DNA of 64,000 nucleotides from an uncultured Desulfobacter sp. (GCA_963665095.1 OY762069.1:2752001-2816000), one strand, 5' to 3'; shown: positions 41,438-53,086, counted from the first letter of the stretch. Program-made: numbers and translations. The notes: generated by a model not told the origin, from the sequence alone.

Positions 41438-42982
41438 ATGATAAAAATACAGCGTCTTGAGATGAAGGGAATCTGCAAATCCTTTCAGGGAGTTCATGCC
41501 AACAGGGACATTAATCTTGCTGTCAACTCAGGGGAAATTCTGGGACTTTTAGGCGAAAATGGTGCCGGAAAGACCACGCTGATGAATATCCTTTATGGAA
41601 TTTATCAGCCGGAAGCAGGTGCCATTCTGATCAACGACAAGCCGGTCCGAATCTCAAACCCTCTTGAATCCATTGATCTTGGCATTGGCATGGTTCATCA
41701 GCACTTTATGCTGGTCCAGAACCATACGGTGATTGAAAACATTGCCCTTGGTTATAAAAAGACCCCGTTTTTCTCGCCCCAGAAAAAACTGCGGGAAAAA
41801 ATTAAAGCCTTTTCAGAGCAGTTTGATTTCTCCATTGATCTGGATCAGCGGGTGTGGCAGCTCTCTGCCGGGGAACAGCAGCGGGTTGAAATTATTAAAA
41901 CCCTTCTCAACGGGGCGGATCTTCTGATCTTGGATGAGCCCACCTCGGTGCTGACGCCCCAGGAAATCAAGGAACTCATTGACATCCTTCGCCGGATGAA
42001 GGCAGACGGACACAGCGTTATCTTTATCTCCCACAAGCTGGATGAGATCATGGATATCTGTGACCGGGTAACGGTTTTGCGTAAAGGCAGAATTGTTGGC
42101 GGGGCGCTGACAAAAGATACGGATAAAATGGGCCTTGCCCGGATGATGGTGGGCAAAGAGGTCTCGCTGACCATGGACCGGGAGAAACTGCCCAAAGGTG
42201 ACAGGATTTTAAGTGTTCAAAAGATTCATGTCACCGGAGATAAGGGCCTGCCCGCAGTGAAAGACATCTCCTTTGACCTGTATAAAAACGAAATCTTCGG
42301 AGTGGCCGGCGTGGCCGGAAACGGACAGCGGGAACTGGCTGAAGCCATCACCGGCATCCGGAAAATAGATTGCGGCAGGGTAATGATTAACAACCGGGAT
42401 ATTACCAACCTCTCTCCGCGTAAAATCTATGACAACGGAGTGTCCCATGTGCCTGAGGAACGCATCCGGTTCGGCATAGCACCAGGCCTTTATCTTTATG
42501 ACAATGCCATCTTAAAGCAGCATCACTTAAAAAAATTCTCCAAGCGGTATTTTCTAAAATACGAAAGCGTCAAGCTCCATGCAAAGTCCATTATCACGGA
42601 ATTTCGTGTGGCCACCCACTCTATCAACAATCAGATCCGCAACCTTTCCGGCGGCAATATTCAAAAATTGATATTAGGCCGGGAAATCAGTGAGCAACCC
42701 CAGCTGCTGGTTGCCTCCCATCCCACCTACGGACTGGATGTGGGCGCCACCCAGTTTCTGCGAAAGCATCTGCTGGACCTTTGCAGCAAAGGCAGTGCTG
42801 TGCTTTTATTCTCCGAAGACCTGGAAGAAATTTTTGAATTGTGCGACCGGGTGGCCGTCATTTTTGCCGGCGAGTTCATGGGCATCCTGGATACAGATGA
42901 CCCGCGCTGTGATGATATCGGCCTGATGATGGCAGGATCCAAACGGATTGACACCCAGGCGGAAGCTGAGGCGCCTTTATAG
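41438..42982 (+). CDS. Nucleoside/sugar ABC transporter ATP-binding protein (two NBDs)
   Basis: GENGAGKTT, LSGGNIQK. Confidence 0.93.
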   Translation: MIKIQRLEMKGICKSFQGVHANRDINLAVNSGEILGLLGENGAGKTTLMNILYGIYQPEAGAILINDKPVRISNPLESIDLGIGMVHQHFMLVQNHTVIENIALGYKKTPFFSPQKKLREKIKAFSEQFDFSIDLDQRVWQLSAGEQQRVEIIKTLLNGADLLILDEPTSVLTPQEIKELIDILRRMKADGHSVIFISHKLDEIMDICDRVTVLRKGRIVGGALTKDTDKMGLARMMVGKEVSLTMDREKLPKGDRILSVQKIHVTGDKGLPAVKDISFDLYKNEIFGVAGVAGNGQRELAEAITGIRKIDCGRVMINNRDITNLSPRKIYDNGVSHVPEERIRFGIAPGLYLYDNAILKQHHLKKFSKRYFLKYESVKLHAKSIITEFRVATHSINNQIRNLSGGNIQKLILGREISEQPQLLVASHPTYGLDVGATQFLRKHLLDLCSKGSAVLLFSEDLEEIFELCDRVAVIFAGEFMGILDTDDPRCDDIGLMMAGSKRIDTQAEAEAPL

Positions 42983-43006
42983 CATGCAAGTACCTGATAA
43001 TTTTTT

Positions 43007-43070
43007 AACCACGAAGGACATGAAGATTATATATCGAGTCTGCATTCTTCATGCACTGCTTTATGGTAAA
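43007..43070. repeat. REP-like imperfect palindrome
   Basis: AACCACGAAGGACATGAAG...CTTCATG....TTTATGGT. Confidence 0.5.
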
Positions 43071-43114
43071 ACTAAGATAGAATTTAAACATAAGATAGAG
43101 CAGAACTGAAACCC

Positions 43115-43239
43115 GTGTTTGGACGAAAAATTGCCCATATGCAAGGCACAGAATCATTTGCAACCGGAGCAACCTTACGGTTGTGAGGATTGCAAGTGAG
43201 TCTGTAACGCCGCAGATGGATGATTTTTCGTCCAAACAC
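43115..43239. repeat. MITE with perfect 17-bp terminal IRs
   Basis: GTGTTTGGACGAAAAAT / ATTTTTCGTCCAAACAC. Confidence 0.8.
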
Positions 43240-43262
43240 CTATAAAACAGAGACGTTTTCCC

Positions 43263-44342
43263 ATGATACGGATTACCACCAGCGACCGGTATAATATCAC
43301 CCCCCTGAGATCATTTATGTCCAATGTTGCAGCCCTTGGAGCAGCCATTGTGGCCATTGGCCTTATTTTCCTTGCTGCCGGGGTCAACCCATTTTACGCG
43401 GTGTCTCAAATTTTCATGGAATCCTTTGGCTCGGCCTATGGCATTAAAGAGACCATCACCAAGGCCATTCCGCTGATCCTGATCGGATCAGGACTCACCC
43501 TGGCGTTTCGGGCCAAATTCTGGAATATCGGTGCTGAAGGCCAGCTGCTTATGGGCGCCATCTTTGCCACCTGGACCGCCCAGATGGCGGGCAATGCCCT
43601 GCCCTCTTATCTCATGGTGCCGCTGATCTTTGCAGCAGGTTTTGTGGGTGGAGCGCTATGGGGCATCATCCCTGCGATTCTTAAGATCAAGTATGCCATT
43701 AATGAAGTCATCACCACCCTGATGCTCAACTATATCTGTGCCGAATTCTTAACCATGCTCATTGTGGGCCCCTGGAAGGGAAAAAGTAGGTTTGGATATC
43801 CGGGCACGGACAACCTGCCGGATGCAGCCCTTTTGGGCGTGTTCCCGGGGACCAGAATTCATTATGCCACTCTGATACTTGCCGTCATCTGCGCTGTGGG
43901 ACTGTGTGTCCTGATCTACAAGACCCGGTTCGGGTATGAGGCCCGGGTGGTGGGAGAAAATCCGGATGCCGGCAAATATGCAGGCATTAATTTTCTGAAA
44001 ACAAGCCTTATCCTCATGGCCATATCCGGGGGGCTTGCCGGGTTTGCAGGTGTAGGAGAAATAGCGGGGATCCACCATTACTTAGGTTACCCGGCCTCTG
44101 TGTCATCCGGTTACGGATTCACCGCCATTATCGTGGCCTGGCTGGCCAAGCTCAACCCTTTGTTTGCCATTGTTTCAGGTCTGTTTTTTGCCGGCATCAT
44201 TGTAGGCGGCGACGCCATCCAGATATCCCTGGGGCTGCCGGCAGCTACTGTTCAAATCGTTAACGGCACCCTGCTCATCTTTCTGATCATGGGCGACTAC
44301 TTTTTATACAATAAAATCCATATCCGCTGGTCCCAGGCGTAA
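43263..44342 (+). CDS. ABC transporter permease
   Basis: WNIGAEGQ, NEVITTLMLNY, GYGFTAIIVAWL. Confidence 0.92.
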   Translation: MIRITTSDRYNITPLRSFMSNVAALGAAIVAIGLIFLAAGVNPFYAVSQIFMESFGSAYGIKETITKAIPLILIGSGLTLAFRAKFWNIGAEGQLLMGAIFATWTAQMAGNALPSYLMVPLIFAAGFVGGALWGIIPAILKIKYAINEVITTLMLNYICAEFLTMLIVGPWKGKSRFGYPGTDNLPDAALLGVFPGTRIHYATLILAVICAVGLCVLIYKTRFGYEARVVGENPDAGKYAGINFLKTSLILMAISGGLAGFAGVGEIAGIHHYLGYPASVSSGYGFTAIIVAWLAKLNPLFAIVSGLFFAGIIVGGDAIQISLGLPAATVQIVNGTLLIFLIMGDYFLYNKIHIRWSQA

Positions 44343-44352
44343 AGGAAGTATT

Positions 44353-45273
44353 ATGGAAGAGATCATTATTTCAACGATCCTGAGAACCATGGTGGCGGGC
44401 ACCCCGCTGCTTTTAGCCACAACCGGAGAGGTGTTATGTGAACGCTCCGGCATCCTCAACCTTGGTGTGGAGGGGGTCATGGCCATAGGCGCTGTCACCG
44501 CCTTCATTGTCACCATGACCACTGGCCATCCCTGGTTGGGTGTGGCAGCGGCCATGGGCGCGGGACTTGCCATCTCCCTGATCCACGCATTTGCCTCAAT
44601 CACCCTTCAGGCCAACCAGGTGGTGTCCGGCCTTGCTTTGACCATGCTGGGCTTAGGGCTTTCCGGTATGATGGGCAAGCCCTATGTGGGAAGACCTTTG
44701 CCCGTTAAGATGCAGGACTTAGCCATTCCCTATTTGAGCGATATCCCGTACATTGGCAGGGCTTTTTTCAGCCAGAGCCCCTTCTTTTATATCGCCATTG
44801 CCCTGGCCCTGTTTTCCTGGTTTTTCCTGGAGCGCACCCGGTTAGGTATCCAGATCCGGTCCACCGGTGAAAACCCAAAGGCAACGGAGACGCAAGGGGT
44901 GAATGTTTCCCTGATCAAGTATGGCTGTGTACTCATTGGTGGGGTCTTCTCTGCCCTGGCAGGGGCACACCTGTCCATCTCCTACTCCTCCTCCTGGGTG
45001 GAGGGGATGACTGCCGGACGGGGCTGGATTGCCGTTGCCCTGACCATATTTGCCCTGTGGAACCCGGGCCGTGCCATCCTTGCTTCCTTTATATTCGGCG
45101 GCATCTTTGTACTTCAGTACCTTTTGCAGCCCCTGGGAATTTCCCCGAACTTTCTGGCCATGCTGCCCTATGCCTCCACGCTGCTGATTCTTTTAGCCAT
45201 CTCATTTCGGGACCCAAGACGCCTGAATGCCCCGGCCATGCTGGGTGAAGCCTATAAAAGAGGGGAGCGATAA
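44353..45273 (+). CDS. ABC transporter permease
   Basis: ERSGILNLGVEG, GRGWIAVAL. Confidence 0.92.
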   Translation: MEEIIISTILRTMVAGTPLLLATTGEVLCERSGILNLGVEGVMAIGAVTAFIVTMTTGHPWLGVAAAMGAGLAISLIHAFASITLQANQVVSGLALTMLGLGLSGMMGKPYVGRPLPVKMQDLAIPYLSDIPYIGRAFFSQSPFFYIAIALALFSWFFLERTRLGIQIRSTGENPKATETQGVNVSLIKYGCVLIGGVFSALAGAHLSISYSSSWVEGMTAGRGWIAVALTIFALWNPGRAILASFIFGGIFVLQYLLQPLGISPNFLAMLPYASTLLILLAISFRDPRRLNAPAMLGEAYKRGER

Positions 45274-45352
45274 GCGTTTGACTTTTCACACGGCTTTATC
45301 CATAATCCTGTGATCAGTAGCCCCTACCATCCAATCACAGGAAGGAGTAACA

Positions 45353-45898
45353 ATGGAAATTTCAAAGAACCAGTCCATTGACAGTATTGCCAAAATATTT
45401 TTAAAAACCACCCAGAACACGCTGAAAAAAAGCACTGGAAAAAACATTACTTATGCCTCAACGATTCAGAAAATAACCAAAGTGGCCATGATGCCCGATT
45501 TGACCTGCTTTGTTCAATTTGACGGGGACTATGTGGGCCTGGTTATTTTTAACTTCAGTGACGAAGCAGCCTTTGACATTTACAGACAGTACATGATCAA
45601 TATGGGCATGCCGGAAGATGGCCTGGCCACCTCCATATCGGACCCTGAAGTGGCAGACACCATCGGGGAAATCACCAATCAAATTATGGGACAGCTGGTT
45701 AAAGCGGTGGAGGAAAAATACGATCTCAATGCCTGTTTTGGTCAGCCCAAAGCCTTAACCTTAAGTTCAGCCATTACCCTGGTCATCAATGACCAGTACA
45801 CTGAAAACCGGCGTCTCTCTTTTAAAATCAATAACCACACCTTCCGCATTGAAATTGCAATGGAAAATACACAATTTATTGATATTACAAGTATATAG
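45353..45898 (+). CDS. DUF3334 / CheX-like protein
   Basis: CFVQFDGD, IGEITNQIMG (ExxN motif). Confidence 0.75.
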   Translation: MEISKNQSIDSIAKIFLKTTQNTLKKSTGKNITYASTIQKITKVAMMPDLTCFVQFDGDYVGLVIFNFSDEAAFDIYRQYMINMGMPEDGLATSISDPEVADTIGEITNQIMGQLVKAVEEKYDLNACFGQPKALTLSSAITLVINDQYTENRRLSFKINNHTFRIEIAMENTQFIDITSI

Positions 45899-45924
45899 CC
45901 TTGCTAATAAAGGGTCTTTCACCC

Positions 45925-47337
45925 ATGCGACAACTGCCGAAGTTCATTTATGTAATCCTGGTCATCATACTGATATATCCGTATAACACATTTGCCATCA
46001 CCATCCCCGAAGAGAAAAAACTTGGCAACGAATATATGCAGCTGATGGTAAACAGAGGCGTGATCCTCCATGATCCCATTGCTGAAAAAATGATACGTAT
46101 TGTTGGCAACAGCATTGTTAAACCCCTGCCGGTACAGCCCTTTCATTTTGATTTCTATATGGTTGATGACGGCTCTTTTAACGCCTTTGCCACCCCAGCC
46201 GCCAATATCTTTGTACACTGGGGTCTGATTGCCGCTCTGGACACCATGGATGAACTGGCAGGGATTCTGGCCCATGAAATCGGCCATGCCGTGGGCCGGC
46301 ATGTATCCCAGTCCATTGACCGGTCCAAACTTGTGGCTGCCGGCAGCCTGGCAGGCATCGTGGCTGGAATTCTGGTGGGTGTCGCCGGAGGGGATTCTGA
46401 TGCCAGCCAGGCCCTGACCATCGGCTCCATGGCCGCCGGGCAGTCTGCCATGCTCTCCTATACCCGGGAAAACGAAACCGAGGCAGACCAGAAGGCCGTC
46501 ATGTTTCTGGAAAAAACCGGATATTCCCCCAGAGGGATACTGGACAGCCTTGAAAAAATCAGGCAGGCCGATTATCAGGGCATCGAAAGTGTACCTGACT
46601 ATTTCAAAACCCATCCGGGCACAGGCTCCAGAATCGCCCACCTTTCCGGCCTGCTCGCAGATTATACCCCGCCTCCGGACAAACCCGAGCCGCCTGAAAA
46701 TTTTGACTACCAGATGGTAAAATACCGGGTTATCGGTCTCTATGCAGATCCCGATGACTATATACCCAAGCTCGAGGTCAAAGTTGGTGCAACCCCAGGG
46801 AATATGGCCCTTCATTACGGTCTGGGTTTGCTTTACGGCCGGACCACCCGGATTGACCAGGGCATTGACCAGCTAAACAAAGCCCTGGCACAGAATCCGT
46901 TTGAACCCATGATCCTTTTGGAACTGGGCCGGCTGTACATCCGGAATACTGAATATACCCGGGCCATTGCCATTCTGGACAGTGTGGCTGATGATGGCCT
47001 GCTGGGGGATTACGCCATTTACAACCGTGCCGTTGCCCAGCTTAAGGACGGCAACCTGCCAGATGCCGAAAAAGGACTTCGCTATATTCTTAATACAGGT
47101 AAACCCGGATTTGAAAAGGCCAATTACCACCTGGCAGAAATCATGTCCTTACAAAACAAAAAAGCATTATCCTGCTATTATCTCGGCGTCTATTATGCCC
47201 GGATTCATGACACCCGAAATGCAACCCGCCAGTTGAAGCGGGCCATTGATACACTGGCAGATGAAAAGATACGCAAAGAGGCTGAAAAAGAGCTGGAAAA
47301 CCTTGAAAAGAATAATAAAAACACCGGCCGTGGGTAG
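45925..47337 (+). CDS. M48 family metalloprotease with TPRs (BepA-like)
   Basis: NAFA, HEIGH, E.EAD and THP motifs. Confidence 0.92.
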   Translation: MRQLPKFIYVILVIILIYPYNTFAITIPEEKKLGNEYMQLMVNRGVILHDPIAEKMIRIVGNSIVKPLPVQPFHFDFYMVDDGSFNAFATPAANIFVHWGLIAALDTMDELAGILAHEIGHAVGRHVSQSIDRSKLVAAGSLAGIVAGILVGVAGGDSDASQALTIGSMAAGQSAMLSYTRENETEADQKAVMFLEKTGYSPRGILDSLEKIRQADYQGIESVPDYFKTHPGTGSRIAHLSGLLADYTPPPDKPEPPENFDYQMVKYRVIGLYADPDDYIPKLEVKVGATPGNMALHYGLGLLYGRTTRIDQGIDQLNKALAQNPFEPMILLELGRLYIRNTEYTRAIAILDSVADDGLLGDYAIYNRAVAQLKDGNLPDAEKGLRYILNTGKPGFEKANYHLAEIMSLQNKKALSCYYLGVYYARIHDTRNATRQLKRAIDTLADEKIRKEAEKELENLEKNNKNTGRG

Positions 47338-47439
47338 CCCTTTTGGAAAAAACAGCTGCTGCCTGTAATGCAGAAAAACCCGGGTCTCCCCCATTGATCT
47401 CAAAACTACCCTATCCTTCCGCCCAAGAAAGGGAATTTC

Positions 47440-49008
47440 ATGTGCCTGATCAGTAAAAAACTGTTTGTTGTTGCCTTTATCATCTGGTCTCTGCTTGAAA
47501 CAGTCGGTTGCGCAAACCTGCCTCAGGTTCCACATCATACACTTTCCTATGCCATTCAGGATGGCGCTGGCACCCGGCTGGGACAGAAAATCACAGACAG
47601 CCTGGCAGCCCATCAAGGTCAATCCGGTATATTTCTGCTGGGCTCCGGACTGGATGCTTTTACGGCACGTGCAGTGCTGACCGGTCTGGCCCAGCGAACC
47701 ATTGATGTGCAATATTATATGTTCCACCAGGATACAGTGGGCAGACTGCTCATTGACCAGTTGATAAAGGCGGCCGACAGAGGGGTACGGGTACGGATAC
47801 TCATTGATGATTTATACGGCAGTGAGGCAGATGATGTATGGACTGCCCTGGATGCCCACCCGCATATTCACGTACGTCTGTTCAATCCCTTTGCCCGCAA
47901 TGGCGTTCAAATGCTGCAGTGGATCACCCGTTTTAATGATCTCAACCACCGCATGCACAGCAAATCTTTTACTGTGGACAACCAGGCAACCATTGTGGGC
48001 GGCCGCAACATTGGTGATGAATATTTCAATGCGGATCCGGACCTGGCCTTTGCCGATCTTGACATCCTGGCTGTGGGACCGGTCGTACCCCAGGTTTCCA
48101 CAAGCTTTGACCAGTACTGGAACAGCAAATGGGCCTATTCGGCATCAACACTGACGGCACCTGCCGACCTGACCCGCCTGAATGATCTAAGAGTTCGCAC
48201 GGCCACTGTTTATGATGAACAAAGGGCCGCCGCATACATACAGGCGTTAAAGCGCTCAAATCTGGCCACTGCCCTGCGCACTGGGAAGGTCAAGTTCGCA
48301 TGGGCCGAGGCCAAAGTGATTTCCGATCCTGTGACAAAAAAAGAACGAAAAAATCAGGGCCAGTCTGAACTGCTGATTACGCAATTGTGCCCCTATATGC
48401 AGAAAGCTTCCAGGGAACTGCTTATTGTCTCGCCCTACTTTGTTCCCGGGAAAAAATGGGCGAAAATGCTGTGTGATCTTAGCCAGAAAGGTGTGAAGGT
48501 GAGAATTCTGACCAACTCCCTGGCCTCCAATGATGTGGCTGCCGTACATGCGGGATACGCCAGGTACCGCAAGCGGCTGCTAAAGGCCGGGGTAGCCCTA
48601 TATGAACTGGACGAGGAGGTAAAAAACGCAGTCAAAAAAAAGTTTATCTGGCTTCCCGGGGTGAGCAAGTCAAGTCTGCACGCAAAAACCATGGTCATTG
48701 ACCGCAAAGCCATGTTTGTGGGTTCCATGAACCTGGACATGCGCTCGCTCAATATCAACAACGAAATCGGCATTTTGTTTTTTAACCGGAAACTTGCCGA
48801 AAATGCGGCAGAATCCTTTGACCAAAACATTGGGAAAATGGCATTCCGCCTTGAACTCAAAGAAAACAACAACAGTGCCAGATCCATCCAGTGGCATATG
48901 GAAAAAGACGACGATAACATCATTTATGATGCTGAACCCTATGCAGGCTTCTGGAAAAAACTGGGCGTAGGACTGATCCGTCTGTTACCGGTTGAGTCTC
49001 TGCTTTAA
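47440..49008 (+). CDS. Phospholipase D family protein (ClsC-like)
   Basis: Two HxKxxxxD motifs (HSKSFTVD, HAKTMVID). Confidence 0.92.
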   Translation: MCLISKKLFVVAFIIWSLLETVGCANLPQVPHHTLSYAIQDGAGTRLGQKITDSLAAHQGQSGIFLLGSGLDAFTARAVLTGLAQRTIDVQYYMFHQDTVGRLLIDQLIKAADRGVRVRILIDDLYGSEADDVWTALDAHPHIHVRLFNPFARNGVQMLQWITRFNDLNHRMHSKSFTVDNQATIVGGRNIGDEYFNADPDLAFADLDILAVGPVVPQVSTSFDQYWNSKWAYSASTLTAPADLTRLNDLRVRTATVYDEQRAAAYIQALKRSNLATALRTGKVKFAWAEAKVISDPVTKKERKNQGQSELLITQLCPYMQKASRELLIVSPYFVPGKKWAKMLCDLSQKGVKVRILTNSLASNDVAAVHAGYARYRKRLLKAGVALYELDEEVKNAVKKKFIWLPGVSKSSLHAKTMVIDRKAMFVGSMNLDMRSLNINNEIGILFFNRKLAENAAESFDQNIGKMAFRLELKENNNSARSIQWHMEKDDDNIIYDAEPYAGFWKKLGVGLIRLLPVESLL

Positions 49009-49039
49009 GGCCCCTGAACCCGTTGCTGAACAGTACCAC

Positions 49040-50008
49040 TCAGGGTTGACCTGCTCTGCCAAAATATTGCGGATATAACACCGGTAATAAGGGGAAAACA
49101 GCTGTTTCCTCCAATTCGGCCCTCAATTTCTTTAATGCTTCTTTAAATACGGTTAAATCCGTAGGATAATCAGGGTAATTCCACATAGAGACTTGCTCAT
49201 AAGCATACCAGGTCTGAATCGACACATGTTTTTGGGATAGTGTTTGTTTGGCAGGCGAAGTCAGTTTTAGATCGACCTCCCAACGAATGCTTTTCTTAGA
49301 AGTATATTTATAATAATTATTTTTGATTTTTGTTTCTTTGCATTTCCCTCGTTTGCGGTCTTTTTTACTGCAAGAGGTGTTCTTCCCAGTTTTAGTATAG
49401 CTGTATGAACGGTCACGGTATTCGGAAAATTGAGGAGAGTGATAATCAATTTCAATTCTGAGTTGATAAACGGCTCCAGAGGGTTTTACCAAAAAGTTTT
49501 GACCCATGGCAGGCTTGATTTCAGCATGCCATGGGTCGTTCTGAGGAAGAATGTTAAACTCTGTAAAAATGGGAGAGACACCTCCTTTAATAAACCCTTT
49601 AATGGCATGACACCGGTAATTCTTATGATTCAATGCAAATTGATAAACGGTATTCCGCGAATTGACGCTGCCAAGGTTTCCCAGAGCCAGAATGATCTCC
49701 TTTTTAATTATATGCGTCTCACCTGATTCTAACATTTTTATAAGCCTATTTTCGGCTGGTTCATAATTTTTTATCTGACCGGTCTGCCTTATGGCTGCCC
49801 GTTTTTTAACTACATCATTTCCGCTTAAAAATGGTTCCAGATAGTTCAACTTTTGGTGATTGCTTTTTCCAGCCAGGTCTAAGGTGAACTTTTTTTCTGA
49901 TTTTTGTATTCTTTTTTCTTTTAAAACACACCCAGTTAAACATAGGATTGTAAGGAGTAGGACTACAATCAATCCAACCGTTTTGAGGTGGGAATTTTCG
50001 GACTTCAT
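49040..50008 (-). CDS. Hypothetical lipoprotein with HEAT-like repeats
   Basis: Lipobox LTGC; IILALGNLG. Confidence 0.7.
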   Translation of the reverse strand: MKSENSHLKTVGLIVVLLLTILCLTGCVLKEKRIQKSEKKFTLDLAGKSNHQKLNYLEPFLSGNDVVKKRAAIRQTGQIKNYEPAENRLIKMLESGETHIIKKEIILALGNLGSVNSRNTVYQFALNHKNYRCHAIKGFIKGGVSPIFTEFNILPQNDPWHAEIKPAMGQNFLVKPSGAVYQLRIEIDYHSPQFSEYRDRSYSYTKTGKNTSCSKKDRKRGKCKETKIKNNYYKYTSKKSIRWEVDLKLTSPAKQTLSQKHVSIQTWYAYEQVSMWNYPDYPTDLTVFKEALKKLRAELEETAVFPLLPVLYPQYFGRAGQP

Positions 50009-50285
50009 CAGCTCGTCTCCATGCTTCGCTCATTATGGTTTAAGGCTCAATGCCTCTGAGTCAGATCAGCTCTAAAATTCATGTTTCGGTATTACTGTAA
50101 AAAATATCAGGTCAAAATGACATTTTTACTCGATATTTAGGGACAACAGATCGCCGTAAAAAAGAGATTGGTTTGAGATAGCGATAGGGCAAGTCTGTTT
50201 ATTTTCCCAAAATCAAACTGACTTTCGTATGTTTTGATCATACCTAAATACTTAATAGATCATGTAATTTCAAGTAGGTAAATTT

Positions 50286-51055
50286 TTTCATGAATTAAAA
50301 AATTCATGGCAACCGGCAAACATAGAAACAATTGAGGCTGTGTCAAATAAATTTAGAAGTGGAGATGATAGAAATACGGCTATGGCCTTTTGTAATCTCA
50401 TTACTGTACGAAGTGAAGAGAATTGGTCTAAATTGGCAATAAGACGGTTAATACATAATGCAAAACACCATCCAGATCTTAAGCCCGGGAGGTTGAACAT
50501 ACACTGTGACCAATCATCAGATGATTCGTCCGTAAAAATTCTTTTTGAGAATACAATCAGCTGTGTTCGTGGAGTCACTGCAAGGGCTACTGGGCAACTA
50601 CTTTGGGAGCATGTTGATCTCTTTGAAGAATTAAAAGAAGGAATCGAAGCTCTTATAAATGATCCCCACCCTTTCGTCAGAATGGCTGCTGCCGAAATGT
50701 TACTACCGATTCTAAATATCGACAAAGATCAAGCTGTGGAATGGTTCGTTACAGCCTGTGGCCCAGATTTGAGAGTTGCTGCTTCTCCAAGAGTTGTTCG
50801 TTTTTTTAATTATACCATTCCGAGTCACGCAAATTGCATTGGGCCAATAATTAAGAAAATGGTTTACTCAACGAGAGAGGATGTTGCAATTGAGGGGGCT
50901 ATACAAGTTACAGCTCGCTGGTTATTTTATGGATTATTTTCGAATGAATTTAATCTTTGTAAATCTGGCAAAACAATTCAACGACAGGGAGTAGCAAAAA
51001 TCACATCGCAAATACTTAAAAATAAACACAATTCAAACGCCTGTCACGAAGTCAT
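50286..51055 (+). pseudogene. Internal fragment of a large helical/HEAT-like protein gene
   Basis: AT-rich open frame (DPHPFVRMAAA) without a proper start; cut by the IS66 remnant. Confidence 0.55.
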
Positions 51056-52178
51056 CCAGGTTATTGGTAAAGGAGACATGCCCGTCATCCATAAAGCGGA
51101 GGGTTTCTGTTTCATAATCAATCAACCGCTCCAGAATATTTCTTGCTTTGGATCGTTTTGTTCGGCCCCGCTTGTTTTTTCTTTTGCTTTCATCGGGAGG
51201 CGGGCATTCAATCTGGGCCTTGTCCAGCCGGTCCCGGTATTGTTGTCGATATTTCCGGGATTCTGCCGTTTCCAGTTGCCCTCCGGCATTATCTACCGCT
51301 TGATTAATCTGCAATAAGAGATCTCTTATGTCCCTGGCCCATTCCTGGTTTTCCTGATCCCAGGCCCTTTCAAGCTCCCTGAGGTGATGGGCATTACACA
51401 GGGCATGCTGGCAGTCAAACCTGAAATACGGATTCCAGTGATCATGACAGAGGACCCCGTTGAAATGAGGCAATATTCCCATCGCTTCCATGGCCTCTAA
51501 ACCTCTTTTTTCATTGGGAAGATAATAACTCCATAAAGGATTGGATACACAATGCAGCCAAACCCGTTTCCCATTGATATTGATACCGGTCTCATCTGCA
51601 TGACAAAGGCCGGACGCAATCAATTTTGATTTAACCATGGCTTCAAAAGCCTCAAGCTTATGATAGGCATCATAGTTGAAGTTGAAAACCGTCCCTGCGC
51701 TGATCGGAATTTTTACCTGATCCTGAAAGTCCTCTTCAATTCGCTTATACGGCACCAACTGATATTGCGACATATTCACGGAATGTACTTTTACATCAAT
51801 GCCATATTGTACCGGGCGATTAATCCCTTCGGGAAAGGGATCTGTGTATCGTTTCCCTTTGGAAGTTTTTTTCTGTCTACAGGGATATTCTCGATTTGAT
51901 CAGGGGTATCAAATTTTCGAAGGGTGGTTCCAACATGTCCGTTTTGTCCTCCGGGTTTACGGGCGCCAGGTTTCTTCTTTTTTTTCCTCGGTTGGGGTCT
52001 GATGAAGGATATGGCTGGCCATTCATCTGTCGGCTAAAAACCAGTGGATCTAATGATATCCGTTATAACCCTCCCCAATGAAGGGTTTTGTATATGAAAC
52101 TGAAAATTCAAATTATTCGCCAAAACCCCTGTCAAGGAAAAAATGACATCAAATGCATTTTTTTTGCTGAATAGTTAC
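51056..52178 (-). mobile_element. IS66-family transposase remnant
   Basis: HADETG, CHDHW, HALCNAHHLREL, FTNN; terminal GTAACTATTCAGC at 52166-52178; internal deletions. Confidence 0.85.
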
Positions 52179-52360
52179 AAGCAATTTTGAGAACCTTAAT
52201 CTACAAAAGGCAATCATCCTTGCGGCTTACAGGCAACCCTTGTCTTGGATGATGCCAAATGCGTAGCGAAGAGGCGTTGGGTAGGCTGTTGTGGAGCGTT
52301 AAGCTGACCATGGATATGCCGCCTGATTCACCATCAAAACACAGCGTTTTCTTTCAGGCA

Positions 52361-53044
52361 CTACTTATACGCCGCATGCGTTGCTCCAGCACATGGCACT
52401 TTTATTGTTCCGCCTGATACAACCGCGTGGCAGCGGCAGGATGTGGCAACAAAAAAAGTGTCCGGGCAGCCGCTGATTTGTTCGCGCAGATCAAAAAGTG
52501 CCGCCGGCCGGTATCCCCCGACGCCCGGACCAAGCTGCTCACTTTGAATGACAAGAGGATAAATCTCTTTAAAACGGATATCTCTGAGAAGAGCGAACAT
52601 GTCCTGTTTGCGTTTCCGGCCTGTTTTGGTGCAGATATCATCAGGTTCGTCACAATTGGGTGGACAGATAAAATCAGCATGGCTGACATATATGTCGCTG
52701 GCGTCGGGACTTCGCATGGCGTTGGGCAACAGCGCGTCAATGGCATTGGGAAGCGTGGAAGGTGTGACCCGGTCCGGTCCCAGGGTATTCAGACACCACA
52801 GCCAGGCCAGGTGAACCGGCACTGCCGGCACCACCCAGTCCACCTTTGAAGCAGGCTCCAGGCGGTGACACAAAAATTCAACCCCGTCACAGACAACCGT
52901 CTCACACCCCAGATCCCGGGCCAGTTCCAGACTCTCATGGTCCAGATCCACCATGGTGATGTGCACAGGCGTGAAATTGAGCATGAGCCATTTGGCTGCC
53001 CGAAGGCCAAACTTGCCGGCACCGATAAGCCAGATATTTTTCAT
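52361..53044 (-). CDS. NAD(P)-binding (TrkA-N-like) hypothetical protein
   Basis: GAGKFG Rossmann motif; Cys-rich C-terminus. Confidence 0.75.
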   Translation of the reverse strand: MKNIWLIGAGKFGLRAAKWLMLNFTPVHITMVDLDHESLELARDLGCETVVCDGVEFLCHRLEPASKVDWVVPAVPVHLAWLWCLNTLGPDRVTPSTLPNAIDALLPNAMRSPDASDIYVSHADFICPPNCDEPDDICTKTGRKRKQDMFALLRDIRFKEIYPLVIQSEQLGPGVGGYRPAALFDLREQISGCPDTFFVATSCRCHAVVSGGTIKVPCAGATHAAYK

Positions 53045-53086
53045 AATCCGGAAATCCTGTGTTTACCCAAAGGGTGATTGATTTGT

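Noticed and set aside
50340..51779. ORF-track 325-aa and 248-aa proteins as intact genes
   Set aside because: Each reads through the junction at about 51055 between a truncated gene and the IS66 remnant.
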